From IMG/VR virus record IMGVR_UViG_3300013117_000027: a stretch of 64,000 bases of DNA; one strand, 5' to 3'. Source of the DNA: a virus. This document shows, one piece after another, positions 46,801 to 55,395 of this stretch; position 1 is the first letter of the stretch, and each line of letters opens with the position of its first letter. Below the pieces are notes generated by a model. That model ran no database searches and was not told the DNA's origin. It worked only from the letters and a program-made list of their open reading frames with translations. The position numbers were made by a program, and so were the translations under genes.

Positions 46801-48283
46801 TAACAAACTAAGAACTTCTATATTAAAAGTAGGATTCAATGAAGCTATAAGTGATAGAAAAGCTGACGAAGTTATCGTCATGGAAAGTAGAGTATTTCAA
46901 AGAGCTAATTCTAGTCCAGGCACACCAACTGTTACTATAAGACATTCTATATTTGATGTTATACTTAACTTTGGTAGTGTGCCTCGACGATATGAGAATT
47001 TTGTACAAAGACTTAATGATCTTAAGCCTTATCAATTCTTAGGTGTGTCTGCTAAGGAGTTAGATAATAATCAAGATAAATTTGTTAACGATCCAAGATA
47101 TAGAAAGATTCAACGTCAACATTTAATAACAGATACTAGTGATATTATATCTAACGAGATAGTCTTATCTGAAGATTTTAACAACGCCGTGAAGGTATAC
47201 TATTTATCAGAACCTAAGTTTTATACAGACTTAGGAAGTATAAGTGCTGATGATCAAGAGAAGTTATCATGGGACACTGTTAAAGCTTTTGGAGATACAA
47301 GAGATACAGACGTACGACTTCTAGAAACTTATCAGAAGAACATAGATACAAACTGGTATGAGATACGAAAGTACAATGAGGAAGTTCTTGGTAAATATAG
47401 TACTATGTATAAGAAGAATAGAGAGTCAGATAATCAAAATAATAAGAACTATAAGATTACAATGAACGAATTACCATCTTACAAGAAAGTTGGTATTAAT
47501 CTTCTTATACGAGAAGTTGAAAAGATGTATAGAGGTAATATAACTATTATAGGAAATCCAGCTATAGAACCGATGGACATTGTTCATATAGAAGATTCTA
47601 TGAATAACATGGATGGACCTATAGAGATAGAAGAAGTTATACATTCATTCTCTCCCACAACCGGGTACACGACTACACTTACTCCTTCGTTAATAACATA
47701 CGATAGAGATCCTATAGCTATGAGTGATCTTAGTGTTATACATAGAATACTTACAACTGCTGAAAGTAAGAGAAGTTCTACAAGGATGTGGGCATTCGCA
47801 CAAGCAACTGCGGCTGGTATAGCTTCGACGTTCGCTATTGCTGACATAGTAGGTGGAACAAAAATAGGTGGTATTATGACACTTATAGGTACTGTTCCTG
47901 CTATGGCATCTTCGTTGTGGAATATGGTTGTAGGTGTAGAGAAAAGATATAACAAGTTCATATACGATCATATGGCAAATGTGTTCGGACGTGATTGTAT
48001 AAACTTCTCAGCTTTACACTACAAAGATAAACCTTATATGACAGGTTTTGGTGGTGTAGACTACACTAATATAAAGACATTAATAAATCACCAATGGCAA
48101 GGTCTTGGGGTTATAGAAAGATTAGCAACATCTAATGATGTAGAAGGTAAGTGGATTGAAAACTCAACATTCTCTAAAGATTTACCAGTATTTAAATATC
48201 TTCTTCAGGAAGATGTACCAGTTGTTGGTAAACCGTTATACTATATAATGAAATTCTTTGGAAACGATTCATGGGGACAATAG
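40880..48283 (+). CDS. Giant baseplate hub-like protein (gp27/GpD-like C-terminal region) with hydrophobic segments
   Basis: IKPGVKIIVKMGYG...VFIGKVVEM...VAQSYG and MYRGNITIIGNPAIEPMDIVHIED...IEEVIHSFSPTTGYTTTL match hub proteins; lies before spike/gp25/J genes. Confidence 0.7.
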   Translation: MAVERYHFNSSATSDLSEVSYNQLSKYLKLKLHEVEKTSEKESNHTVVMEDLSQDPNPVWLSQYNVEILKEIRKTLFEDLEITKPPSLNSGRETLSMLDAPLPGDVLIINKSNPDTSKQYTIITSIDSGGRVYTFPATSEVDLRYVTHVYRFDILSDDNAAEIISKMNQTIEDAAILPKPRMSVDINVPVYTEEPRGLLQIGDIKFLIAPTQMSFTTQNGYQHFPTVRTKGNPKLPTLAETKSLNFTLIFPNTEAINNQLVPLYAMFKRTPFVNLYNRDISEFYSTIRNRDTKYIPVALESITVESVTGFPNTLQANITVLPFQHKGVGETFEALKTFGDVKSQQYLKRDISEGRVVEQIEARLENREATPHSNNMLTNVIHSSDNFEKSEPFRAFYQSLIAERKYVENDLGEIVYKTDGSSIPLSTFRPKHIENQLHYYSAQANKKNMTFTYEFIPQNLREFSDDLRALRKQEITTLGSETAEMLKIITSRDSKFKNFMREALINRQTFYDQIGNHFKKAERYIHDFLGFHRINIDSSPGPEITNLLELLLEVGAHQFPVTAWVTGTGRGVVSTTADLIKNVSDGNYSLGNTSGEELLNILNGVMTWYEGPDETRRLGAVDANTLSDIISDQILDYLDAVSDSKENGESEKEKWAQFFDRFFKAFVDPSIIRNLSAGQEIVAFKTERDIIEIDNVNDVVNGWGLQFSNKLVPIHLNGFQFPYYQHVGCDDVNIFLNIKSIQGGRDQGLKERLSLLNERLHTTTKIVTYNAPELITHLDPRLSVSVQGNDLGHIFNVFGIRKVVYNGSNVSSVEGKPDCWSINLNLTQANFTLKDYQSIVVKKSISGIEDEVANLLLRSRITPDGGIEVIDYKVNTDRLKDLDSVSPEATKGFVGKYFGDWAKSMIPNSTKDLVIPKEYVIGSPDNTNIFGDASLSGEQTRRINNMIMSMTFYKRFIQEAYEQWRGTQKDSEQEAGFEVDDNFDGAHKNSPDKEDRNSRIGKALQYMTLLFNPGSNNDKWIIQEVKNESDTVRLNKSLGDLKIKTIYKGIVNDMDNLHYQHAGVLMQGAERARGYWEILWYDLRNNSSGFIAGTIFGALLCYLAGAGTFVWTVFTGIASLLGFGIPGVKTGKEAAVAATFDILSESLPSLMNGIKSSVVQDMVNNIIRDPVARRKFFDNKYEDIVGEIYSSDGMNCYEDFDIPTNFLAGYTDANNDPLGIKFSPDFYLFDKDFTGIEKYSYVNQFIDTTSRMAKLALQLTLEENKEVIEKLKQVEELIFDASELDSVVKRQLYDEVSMTTDGGTNTQTNQTIESDINNKLEELKDVYVHLALDQRNNKVNPDAQKLNLMRSARNKRVLELKVIQTAINLALAGSKLDTDHGKDKYSGTNQPAYLSDDKSLISDTRLRSSLEGASYQQLRKMADLIRKYFRHYTNEEQMKHEEVINKDTPSIRFFEETVYTLVTQLIILGDAIAEFESGNLTVTSLLTDIPEMGLLDWYNWRNIDDINDKKISLMSDFLEEDTNRTRGYNQKMFPTFKVFFVEEDGKTISVDDYYAYNAVQSIDIIKNKYSASSTAVIKLGNVYGNLTNKISLMKESDQILDILLNQRDNRIFLGSLDIKPGVKIIVKMGYGANDRDLKIVFIGKVVEMSAGPITELVAQSYGAQLSHEITKMHFGVLNSRKEHGDIASAVLDAIPSLDGLGKPSLLGLNPVNYSGRRSAFYDGTLFDRFLMSNITTRVNTTLFQEDNPRDENIYLPVDLIPDITKNVTFDWIVYNQTVWQALHELSLYHDNTIPIIRPYNDGMFSTLDDARETIVVGKKSGWYKHTDAFRYTTRDIDKLGNLIDDWNTKYWKFLMELRQKIQKTRTLLIDAPSGQAAPKDVILAEYLVQEGLMKKEVQEVRKTGIDVTVTITNYYPRGKLKNLLVGLSSKQLALVVTKAIEDNAPQVDTRNLGTMQLLVDTVARVVPGIWETTANKLRTSILKVGFNEAISDRKADEVIVMESRVFQRANSSPGTPTVTIRHSIFDVILNFGSVPRRYENFVQRLNDLKPYQFLGVSAKELDNNQDKFVNDPRYRKIQRQHLITDTSDIISNEIVLSEDFNNAVKVYYLSEPKFYTDLGSISADDQEKLSWDTVKAFGDTRDTDVRLLETYQKNIDTNWYEIRKYNEEVLGKYSTMYKKNRESDNQNNKNYKITMNELPSYKKVGINLLIREVEKMYRGNITIIGNPAIEPMDIVHIEDSMNNMDGPIEIEEVIHSFSPTTGYTTTLTPSLITYDRDPIAMSDLSVIHRILTTAESKRSSTRMWAFAQATAAGIASTFAIADIVGGTKIGGIMTLIGTVPAMASSLWNMVVGVEKRYNKFIYDHMANVFGRDCINFSALHYKDKPYMTGFGGVDYTNIKTLINHQWQGLGVIERLATSNDVEGKWIENSTFSKDLPVFKYLLQEDVPVVGKPLYYIMKFFGNDSWGQ

Positions 48284-48294
48284 AAAGGTAAGAA

Positions 48295-49110
48295 ATGGAA
48301 TATTTAGAAAATAGTCAACTGAAGTTCTTTGTAGCAGAGATAGCTTCTAGTAACTACTATAATCAAGAGCAGAATGTTATACGTATAAAACTGCCTATAG
48401 ATGATACAACATATAAGTACTTTGATATGTACTTTATTCAAAGTGTCGATTTCCCTAACCCGGACGATCATCACGCCTTAGTTGCTACAAATCCTGATGT
48501 TATAACAGGCTTAAAGAATGCTATATTAGATGGAGACGATAGACTAGAATTAATGCCTGGTTATAAAGATCAACAGACACTAAACGAACAGATAACGTTC
48601 GGGTTTGTATGGTTAATTAATAAGAGACTTAAAACTTCTACAACAGGTTCTAATGATGGTAGTGCGGGTATGCATAATCAGAACGCATCCTCTACAACAG
48701 ATACATCCAAACTTAAGTATTCGATATCTCCATCGTTAGCTAGAGACTATACTACTACACGAGGTAGTTCAAGAGACAACTATAATAACGAGAATATAGG
48801 TCTATTTATTACTGATAATTCTGTCACATTAAAGTCTTCTGAAGCTTCTCTAGTATTAGGACCAGACGGTATGTCTTTACTAGGACCGAAATTTGAAAGT
48901 AATACAAAAGGCGGGAAAGGCATGATGGCAGACAATCCTTTCTGTGGATGGTTCCCATCTACGATAATGACTATACCGTTAGGTATAGAGTACATACCTA
49001 ACTTTAACTATATTCTGAGTATAGGAAGTGCATGTCAACGACTTAATAAAGGGATGGCTACAATAGGTAAGGTTACCAAGAATGTTACTAACTTTATAAG
49101 GAGAAAATAA
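48295..49110 (+). CDS. Putative baseplate central spike-like protein
   Basis: Between hub and gp25-like genes; short beta-strand repeats (IGLFITDNSVTLKSSEASLVLGPDGMSLLG). Confidence 0.45.
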   Translation: MEYLENSQLKFFVAEIASSNYYNQEQNVIRIKLPIDDTTYKYFDMYFIQSVDFPNPDDHHALVATNPDVITGLKNAILDGDDRLELMPGYKDQQTLNEQITFGFVWLINKRLKTSTTGSNDGSAGMHNQNASSTTDTSKLKYSISPSLARDYTTTRGSSRDNYNNENIGLFITDNSVTLKSSEASLVLGPDGMSLLGPKFESNTKGGKGMMADNPFCGWFPSTIMTIPLGIEYIPNFNYILSIGSACQRLNKGMATIGKVTKNVTNFIRRK

Positions 49111-49619
49111 TGGATTTATTCGGAGGACGAGTAGATGTACATATGTCTTATGATGGAGATCTAGAGTTTGAACAAGGCGATATCAAGTTGGTACGTGGTA
49201 TAGATTATATAAAGCATCTTATATACAAGGTTCTTACAACAGAAAAAGGTGATTGGAAAATATATCCTCAAGAAGGTGGAAGTCCTGTAGTATTCTTAGG
49301 TGAACAAAACACTAGGGATACAGCTAAGTTACTAGAAGGACATTTAGTATCGTCATTATCAGAATACGTTTTACCAGCTACAGTAGAAGCCAGAGTAGTT
49401 CCTATATCTCATGACTCAGTAAAGTGTTACGTTGATATTATTATATTAGGTCTTACTATTGCACAAGTTCCATTTATGCTTGATTATATTAACGGTATAA
49501 AGTATGAAGACTTTGACGAGACAGTAGATACGGTAGTCGCATCTAAAGAGCACAGACCGAACGATAATCGTTCGCTCACAAATCCTAATCCGTATCTAGA
49601 TAGAATAAGGAGACAATAA
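49110..49619 (+). CDS. gp25/GpW-like baseplate protein
   Basis: DGDLEFEQGDIKLVRG...VLTTEKGDWKIYPQEG...FLGEQN; precedes the J-like gene. Confidence 0.8.
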   Translation: MDLFGGRVDVHMSYDGDLEFEQGDIKLVRGIDYIKHLIYKVLTTEKGDWKIYPQEGGSPVVFLGEQNTRDTAKLLEGHLVSSLSEYVLPATVEARVVPISHDSVKCYVDIIILGLTIAQVPFMLDYINGIKYEDFDETVDTVVASKEHRPNDNRSLTNPNPYLDRIRRQ

Positions 49620-50884
49620 TGGCAACACGCAGAAACTTCATAGACGTACAGAATGACGCAAAGTATAGGTTAGAGAACTTCACACCTGTAACATCTTTCG
49701 AGAATCTAAGTACTTCTATGACTCTTATAAATATACTTAGTAACGAGACAGAGAAGTTGTATGATGAAGCTGAGTATCTTTTCAGTATAAATGATATAAC
49801 AAGAGCTTATGGTAGAGATCTCGATAATATAGGAAGGATTATAGGATCCGAACGAGGGGATGCTACCACATCTAATGATATGACATATACTAATTTCTAT
49901 TTTTATCTTGACACGAGGTTAGGAATAGATATAGGTACGTTAATCGATAGAGTTTATCCTACAAGTACTCACTATAATATTAGACAAAGATTAGAAGATC
50001 AAGGTTATATAGATAATAAAGATGTTCCTACTCAGTTAAAACTTCCTAGAGGTATGTACGTGTCCAGCGACGATAGACGTATACTTTATACTACAGTTGA
50101 AGACGCTTATCTAACAAATGATTCTAACGAGGTATACGTTCCTGTCATAGCAACCGCTACAGGATCCGGACAGAATGTTGGAGCTAATGTTATTATAAAG
50201 CATTCTCTTAACGAGGTTAATATTATAAAAGATCTATCTAAGTATATACTTTGTACTAATAGATTCCCTATTACAAACGGATCGAATACTGTAAGTGATG
50301 ATGACTATAGATATAATATGTCTATTAGTAGAATAAACCTTGGTGCGAACGAGGTAGCTATACGACAAGCCGCTCTTTCTGTACCAGGTGTTAGAAACGT
50401 TCTGTTTGAGCGCGCAAGATTTGGTAATGGTACATTTAATCTTATAGTAGAAGGTGTTAGTCCTCTTGTATCAGAAGGTCTTGTTACTACAGTAAAAGAG
50501 AGAGTCCAAAGTATCGTAGGTGGAGACTCAGTATATGTTCACAGACCTGAGTACATAGGCGTTGAACTGAACTTAGATCTTATTACAGAGGTAGGTACAG
50601 ATACTGATCTGTTAAGAGAGACTGTTAGAAATGATATTATATCATATATAAATGATACTACTATAGGCGGAAGACTTATATGGAACCAATTAGTAGATAT
50701 TATTATAAGAGAGGGCGTTATAGACTTTGTTCTATCTTACTACAAGTTCGGAGAATATGACATCTTTAACAAGATAAACCTTAACCAAATAGTATTAAGA
50801 CCTTCTAATCAAGGTGCTAATTATAACGAGAAATTTTATATTGATGCGGGATTGTGTTCCATCTGTGTTAGGGAGCAGGGTTAA
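49619..50884 (+). CDS. Baseplate J-like (gp6-type) wedge protein
   Basis: AYGRDLDNIG, VPVIATATGSGQNV, NGSNTVSDDDYR, ALSVPGVRNV, YINDTTIG motifs. Confidence 0.9.
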   Translation: MATRRNFIDVQNDAKYRLENFTPVTSFENLSTSMTLINILSNETEKLYDEAEYLFSINDITRAYGRDLDNIGRIIGSERGDATTSNDMTYTNFYFYLDTRLGIDIGTLIDRVYPTSTHYNIRQRLEDQGYIDNKDVPTQLKLPRGMYVSSDDRRILYTTVEDAYLTNDSNEVYVPVIATATGSGQNVGANVIIKHSLNEVNIIKDLSKYILCTNRFPITNGSNTVSDDDYRYNMSISRINLGANEVAIRQAALSVPGVRNVLFERARFGNGTFNLIVEGVSPLVSEGLVTTVKERVQSIVGGDSVYVHRPEYIGVELNLDLITEVGTDTDLLRETVRNDIISYINDTTIGGRLIWNQLVDIIIREGVIDFVLSYYKFGEYDIFNKINLNQIVLRPSNQGANYNEKFYIDAGLCSICVREQG

Positions 50885-50887
50885 TGA

Positions 50888-53167
50888 ATGAACGGTAAGA
50901 ATGTATATTTTTCTAATAACACTGGTAGGATTATCAATGCTGTTGTTCCTGAACACTTTAAGATGGCCAGTGACAAGACCTCTAATGGGTACAAGTATGT
51001 AAATCTTCTCTACACTATAGAAGTAGATTTACTGTACGATTATCTAGATGACGCTAGGTATAGTAATAGTCTTGAATATTTTGACTACGGAACAGACTAT
51101 GATTATTTCGAGGTTACTCTTAACGAGAATGTTATTAGTGATACTGTTTATGGTGACAATATACCTATTAAGATAACTACACAACAAGAGTTTAATGACG
51201 GATTTCCTACGCGATTTAATATTGAATCTATTATACCAGTAAGTGGAGTAAGTTATGGCGCGTTAGGAATAGAGTACGTAAGAAAAACAGCTGAGGGTTC
51301 TGGTGTTCTTCTTATTAATACTGACGTAGACGCTTCTGAAATATTTCCTTCTGGTTATCAAACTATATCAATCAATATAGATCCTGTCGGAAGAGGTGTG
51401 TATGGTTCACCTTTATCTGGTTATAACTTTTTGGTAAGAGAACAGTCTTACGATGTAGCAGGTAATGATGAGATAATAGTCCCTCCTACAAGGCAAGAAC
51501 TCTTACAGTTATATCCTGAACAAAAAAAGATATGGGCCCAGTCTGGTGTAAGTGAGTTTTCTTATAACTATTGGGTTGATCATTATACTCCTAACAATGG
51601 AGCAGTGTGGAATGACACTTTAAAAACTTGGGAAGCGCGCGGATATTCAGAAGATTATTATCTTGATATGAATAATAACAAGGTGTACTATCGTACGTTT
51701 CTTAACAATCCACATGGTACAGGTAATTATAATGAAACGTATATGCCTTTAAAGTATGTTCCTATTAGTGGGACGTTTAAACTTTATGATCTAGATATAC
51801 TTCAAAGTGGACAGCTCGTCAATATAGATGCATCAGGAACTACATTGTACATACATAGTGGTATGTATGACTTTAGTCAGTTCGATGATAGAGATGAATG
51901 GTTCTCTCCTTACAAAGGTTATGATGAAAATGTTCCTCATGAATTTATTCCTAATGGTTACAAAGAGTTAAATCCTACAGGAGTTCTTCCTGCGATTCCT
52001 TACCAAGAAGTATCTTGGGAGTTACAACACGAAGGTGCAAGAGTAGGAGACGATTTTACATGGCAAGACGACGATACAGAACCTATTACTAATATGCTTA
52101 AGATTAAGAATGGCCAGAGTAGGTATATAGCAGAGTACTTTTATAAGATAGCTAATAAGATAGGTTACCTAACAACATTAGATTCTACCAAGTATATACG
52201 TTATGGTAATGGTAACTATACTTTCTCTATACAAGATATTACTAACAATAGACAAGAGTTTGATGTATCTTTATCCAAAGATCCTACAGATAGGAAAGCA
52301 GCTTGCTTTCATGGACTTCTTGTAAGACCATTTAGTACTATTGATCAATTAAACGTTACTTTCGACGTTGCATCAGATCCATTAGATCTTCAGGACTCTA
52401 GTATAAATATTTACGCAAGAGCACCTAAAGTTGGAACATCTTACAGCGAGATAAAACCTATTATACATGATAAACGAACTTATATGTTTAATAAACATTG
52501 GGGAGATGTTGATCTTTCTGGAGTAGTAGATCTTCATCAAGCTACAAATGATATAGTTTCTAGTGTACCATATGGTACATATAAAGGTGTATCGCTTATA
52601 CACGTTGACACTAGCGAGAATACTTACTATGAAACAATAGGTCAGTATTCTGGTTATATGGATCTTATAACAGAAACTTCTACTAATTCTAATAGATATG
52701 TTAAGATGGGATTTAAGGTAACAAAGAGAGTTGGTGATGTAGGTGAGCAAATGCTAGCAATGTCATGTAATTCAAGCGGAGAGTTTTGGGCACTAGATCT
52801 ACTTCCTAATGGAAGATTTAGAGTTAGGGATAATCTTAATACACTTATAAGTTATGACGGTATATTTGAAGAAGGAGATAACTTTGAAAGAGAACTTATT
52901 CTTGAGCGCGATACTGATTATGATTATGGTCCAGGTTTATATCCTTACCGACTTTATACAAGATCAACAGATACTAATCAAAGAGTAGCAGATAGTAGAA
53001 AAGATATATTTACTCAACATGGATTTGACTTAAGCGTTAACGCAAATGATCCTTCTGGAATTGTTGGTGATGTGTACGACTTTACTAAGTTATTTTACAA
53101 TACATGTACTGACATAGAATATGTACAAATTTATGAAGAATCAAGGGAGTTCGTAGATGGCCAATAA
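50888..53167 (+). CDS. Baseplate / tail structural protein
   Basis: 759 aa, acidic, Tyr-rich and beta-type; directly after baseplate J. Confidence 0.6.
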   Translation: MNGKNVYFSNNTGRIINAVVPEHFKMASDKTSNGYKYVNLLYTIEVDLLYDYLDDARYSNSLEYFDYGTDYDYFEVTLNENVISDTVYGDNIPIKITTQQEFNDGFPTRFNIESIIPVSGVSYGALGIEYVRKTAEGSGVLLINTDVDASEIFPSGYQTISINIDPVGRGVYGSPLSGYNFLVREQSYDVAGNDEIIVPPTRQELLQLYPEQKKIWAQSGVSEFSYNYWVDHYTPNNGAVWNDTLKTWEARGYSEDYYLDMNNNKVYYRTFLNNPHGTGNYNETYMPLKYVPISGTFKLYDLDILQSGQLVNIDASGTTLYIHSGMYDFSQFDDRDEWFSPYKGYDENVPHEFIPNGYKELNPTGVLPAIPYQEVSWELQHEGARVGDDFTWQDDDTEPITNMLKIKNGQSRYIAEYFYKIANKIGYLTTLDSTKYIRYGNGNYTFSIQDITNNRQEFDVSLSKDPTDRKAACFHGLLVRPFSTIDQLNVTFDVASDPLDLQDSSINIYARAPKVGTSYSEIKPIIHDKRTYMFNKHWGDVDLSGVVDLHQATNDIVSSVPYGTYKGVSLIHVDTSENTYYETIGQYSGYMDLITETSTNSNRYVKMGFKVTKRVGDVGEQMLAMSCNSSGEFWALDLLPNGRFRVRDNLNTLISYDGIFEEGDNFERELILERDTDYDYGPGLYPYRLYTRSTDTNQRVADSRKDIFTQHGFDLSVNANDPSGIVGDVYDFTKLFYNTCTDIEYVQIYEESREFVDGQ

Positions 53168-55385
53168 AGATATATTTGTTAGAGCAGTAGCATCAGGAGA
53201 CGGAACAGGTCTCGACTGGTATAATGCTTATACTACATTACAAGATGCTCTTACAGAGGCAATGGCTGAGCCTGCAGCTAACACAGTTAACGTATATGTT
53301 GATGATGATATTTACACGTTGGCTTCTCTTACAGTCAGTCATAACTCAATTAATCTGTATGGTGGTAATATTCTTACTGCTGACGTTGTTGTGTCTGGAT
53401 ATAATGAGATACCTGTTGGTACAACTTTTAAAAGTATTGTTTACCTAGAAGACTCAGTGTACGTACAAAGTGGTGTATTTATAACAGATTCTGTTAGGTT
53501 TATTAACTCTTCTGGAGGCTACGCTATCCAAGGTGAAGATCTTACTGACATACTTCTGAAGAAAGTTAACTTTGAAACAGACTACGGTATTGATACTAGT
53601 GGTAATCTTAGATGTGAGTTCATAAATGCTATATCGTATACTCCTCAGGAGTATACATATGGATTTGGAGGTTCTTACATAGCAGAGTCTGGATATTCGG
53701 ACGCATTGTCTGGCAACATATTTATTAATAGTGTCGGAGAAGAGACAGTAGTTAATAATTCCTCAATGATAGGTTACTATAACACTATAGTATTTAATGG
53801 TATCAACGACAATGAATGTATTATAGACGACGTACTTATAAAGCAGGCATCTAATGGTATAGTTTATCAATCAGTGGGCGGTAGTGGTACATTGCGTACC
53901 AATAATATCGTTATATACGATACAGATAAATCTTTCTTATTTAAAGATACTACTATATCAGGTGGATTAAACGGAGAGATAGGTAACTGTACATTATATA
54001 CACCTTATTCATTCTCTATATCTCCTATGATAACAGGTCTTATACAGATAACAGATTCTATAATGTCCGGCGAAATGATCTACGGAGACGGTTCTCTTAC
54101 TCTTACTACAGAGTACACTTTATTAGATACTACTCCCAGTGGTTACGGATTTGTTCCTGGAACAGGTATAGTCTATGGAGATCCTAAGTATATAGATGTA
54201 ACAAAAGGTGACTTCAGTCTTGGAATAGGTACTGCTGACGATAGAGTATCATCTGATGGTCTTAATGTGGGATCTTATACAGAGATAGGAAGAAGTATAC
54301 AATTGTCTGACTCCAAAGGATTTAGATTATCAGATTCAAGTGTAGAAGGATATGATATGTTCTTACATAAGAGCGACGAGACCGTCGTATGGTCAGATCA
54401 TATGAAAGAGATTCCTATGGCCACATTTAGAGATAATAATGGTACGTTATCGTATGTTTATAATCATACTACTACAGTAGTATTGTCTGGTGTTGTTACT
54501 ATTCCTGCATTTTCTAGAGAACCTTCTTTAAACGATTGGATGTACGAATGGGACTATGAGATAATGAACAGTCCTGGTATCGAGAATAATCCTAGGATCA
54601 TTCCTAAGTCTATTATAGATATTACAAATATCTTACAGAATATAGACTACGGTAAGAATAAATCTAATATAAGCGTAAGAGCATTTAAGAATATAGATAA
54701 TAGAGGCATTAGTTATGACTATGACTCTTCTAACAATACAAGTAAAATCGTATGGTCTTTGGATGGAGATCAGATGTTAACAAAGACAGACTTTTGGAAC
54801 GGAAACGTTATAGATAAGTATCCACTTGTTCCTCCTATTCATCCTTCTGGTGAGAAATTATTTATTAAACCTTCTGGACTTATACCTTATGGAGTTAATA
54901 AATATGTGACAGAGGATGATCCTGATACTATCCTAGAAAGTGTAAATGATGACGGTTCGTTTGAATGGTTATCTACAGAGAAACATAGGAAGTGGGATTT
55001 AAAAGGTATTTTAACTCATAAGGGAACTATGTATGTAACAGCATCTTTTGCTGACCAAGCATCTACAACTCCTTACGTTCTAATATATCCTAGTAGAGGT
55101 TACTATGCTGATTATCAATGTCCTGATCCTACAAAGTTAGAATTACACGATGATAACAATGATCCAAGAGGCATAACTGTTTATGAAGACGGAAGCATTC
55201 TTATTAGCAACTACGATGTTATGTCATCCGGAATTGCTAACTATGTGAATATATTTCACTATAAGCCATGCTTTGACTATGCTTTAAAAGAAAATAATAA
55301 CTATATGAATACAAAACTTATACTTCGTGAGGCTTATGACGAAGTAACATTAGAACAGGCATTAGAAGAGCCTGATACACCATAA
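53157..55385 (+). CDS. Tail spike/fibre-like protein with a right-handed beta-helix (pectin lyase-like) region
   Basis: IFVRAVASGDGTGLDWYNAYTTLQDAL N-cap and GDPKYIDVTKGDFSL C-cap typical of parallel beta-helix domains; propeller-like C-terminus (DPRGITVYEDGSILIS). Confidence 0.65.
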   Translation: MANKDIFVRAVASGDGTGLDWYNAYTTLQDALTEAMAEPAANTVNVYVDDDIYTLASLTVSHNSINLYGGNILTADVVVSGYNEIPVGTTFKSIVYLEDSVYVQSGVFITDSVRFINSSGGYAIQGEDLTDILLKKVNFETDYGIDTSGNLRCEFINAISYTPQEYTYGFGGSYIAESGYSDALSGNIFINSVGEETVVNNSSMIGYYNTIVFNGINDNECIIDDVLIKQASNGIVYQSVGGSGTLRTNNIVIYDTDKSFLFKDTTISGGLNGEIGNCTLYTPYSFSISPMITGLIQITDSIMSGEMIYGDGSLTLTTEYTLLDTTPSGYGFVPGTGIVYGDPKYIDVTKGDFSLGIGTADDRVSSDGLNVGSYTEIGRSIQLSDSKGFRLSDSSVEGYDMFLHKSDETVVWSDHMKEIPMATFRDNNGTLSYVYNHTTTVVLSGVVTIPAFSREPSLNDWMYEWDYEIMNSPGIENNPRIIPKSIIDITNILQNIDYGKNKSNISVRAFKNIDNRGISYDYDSSNNTSKIVWSLDGDQMLTKTDFWNGNVIDKYPLVPPIHPSGEKLFIKPSGLIPYGVNKYVTEDDPDTILESVNDDGSFEWLSTEKHRKWDLKGILTHKGTMYVTASFADQASTTPYVLIYPSRGYYADYQCPDPTKLELHDDNNDPRGITVYEDGSILISNYDVMSSGIANYVNIFHYKPCFDYALKENNNYMNTKLILREAYDEVTLEQALEEPDTP

Positions 55386-55395
55386 GGAGATTAAG

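Noticed and set aside
12572-50884. Bacterial contractile injection system or tailocin instead of a phage
   Set aside because: Portal, protease and major capsid genes are present in the same operon, indicating a complete virion.
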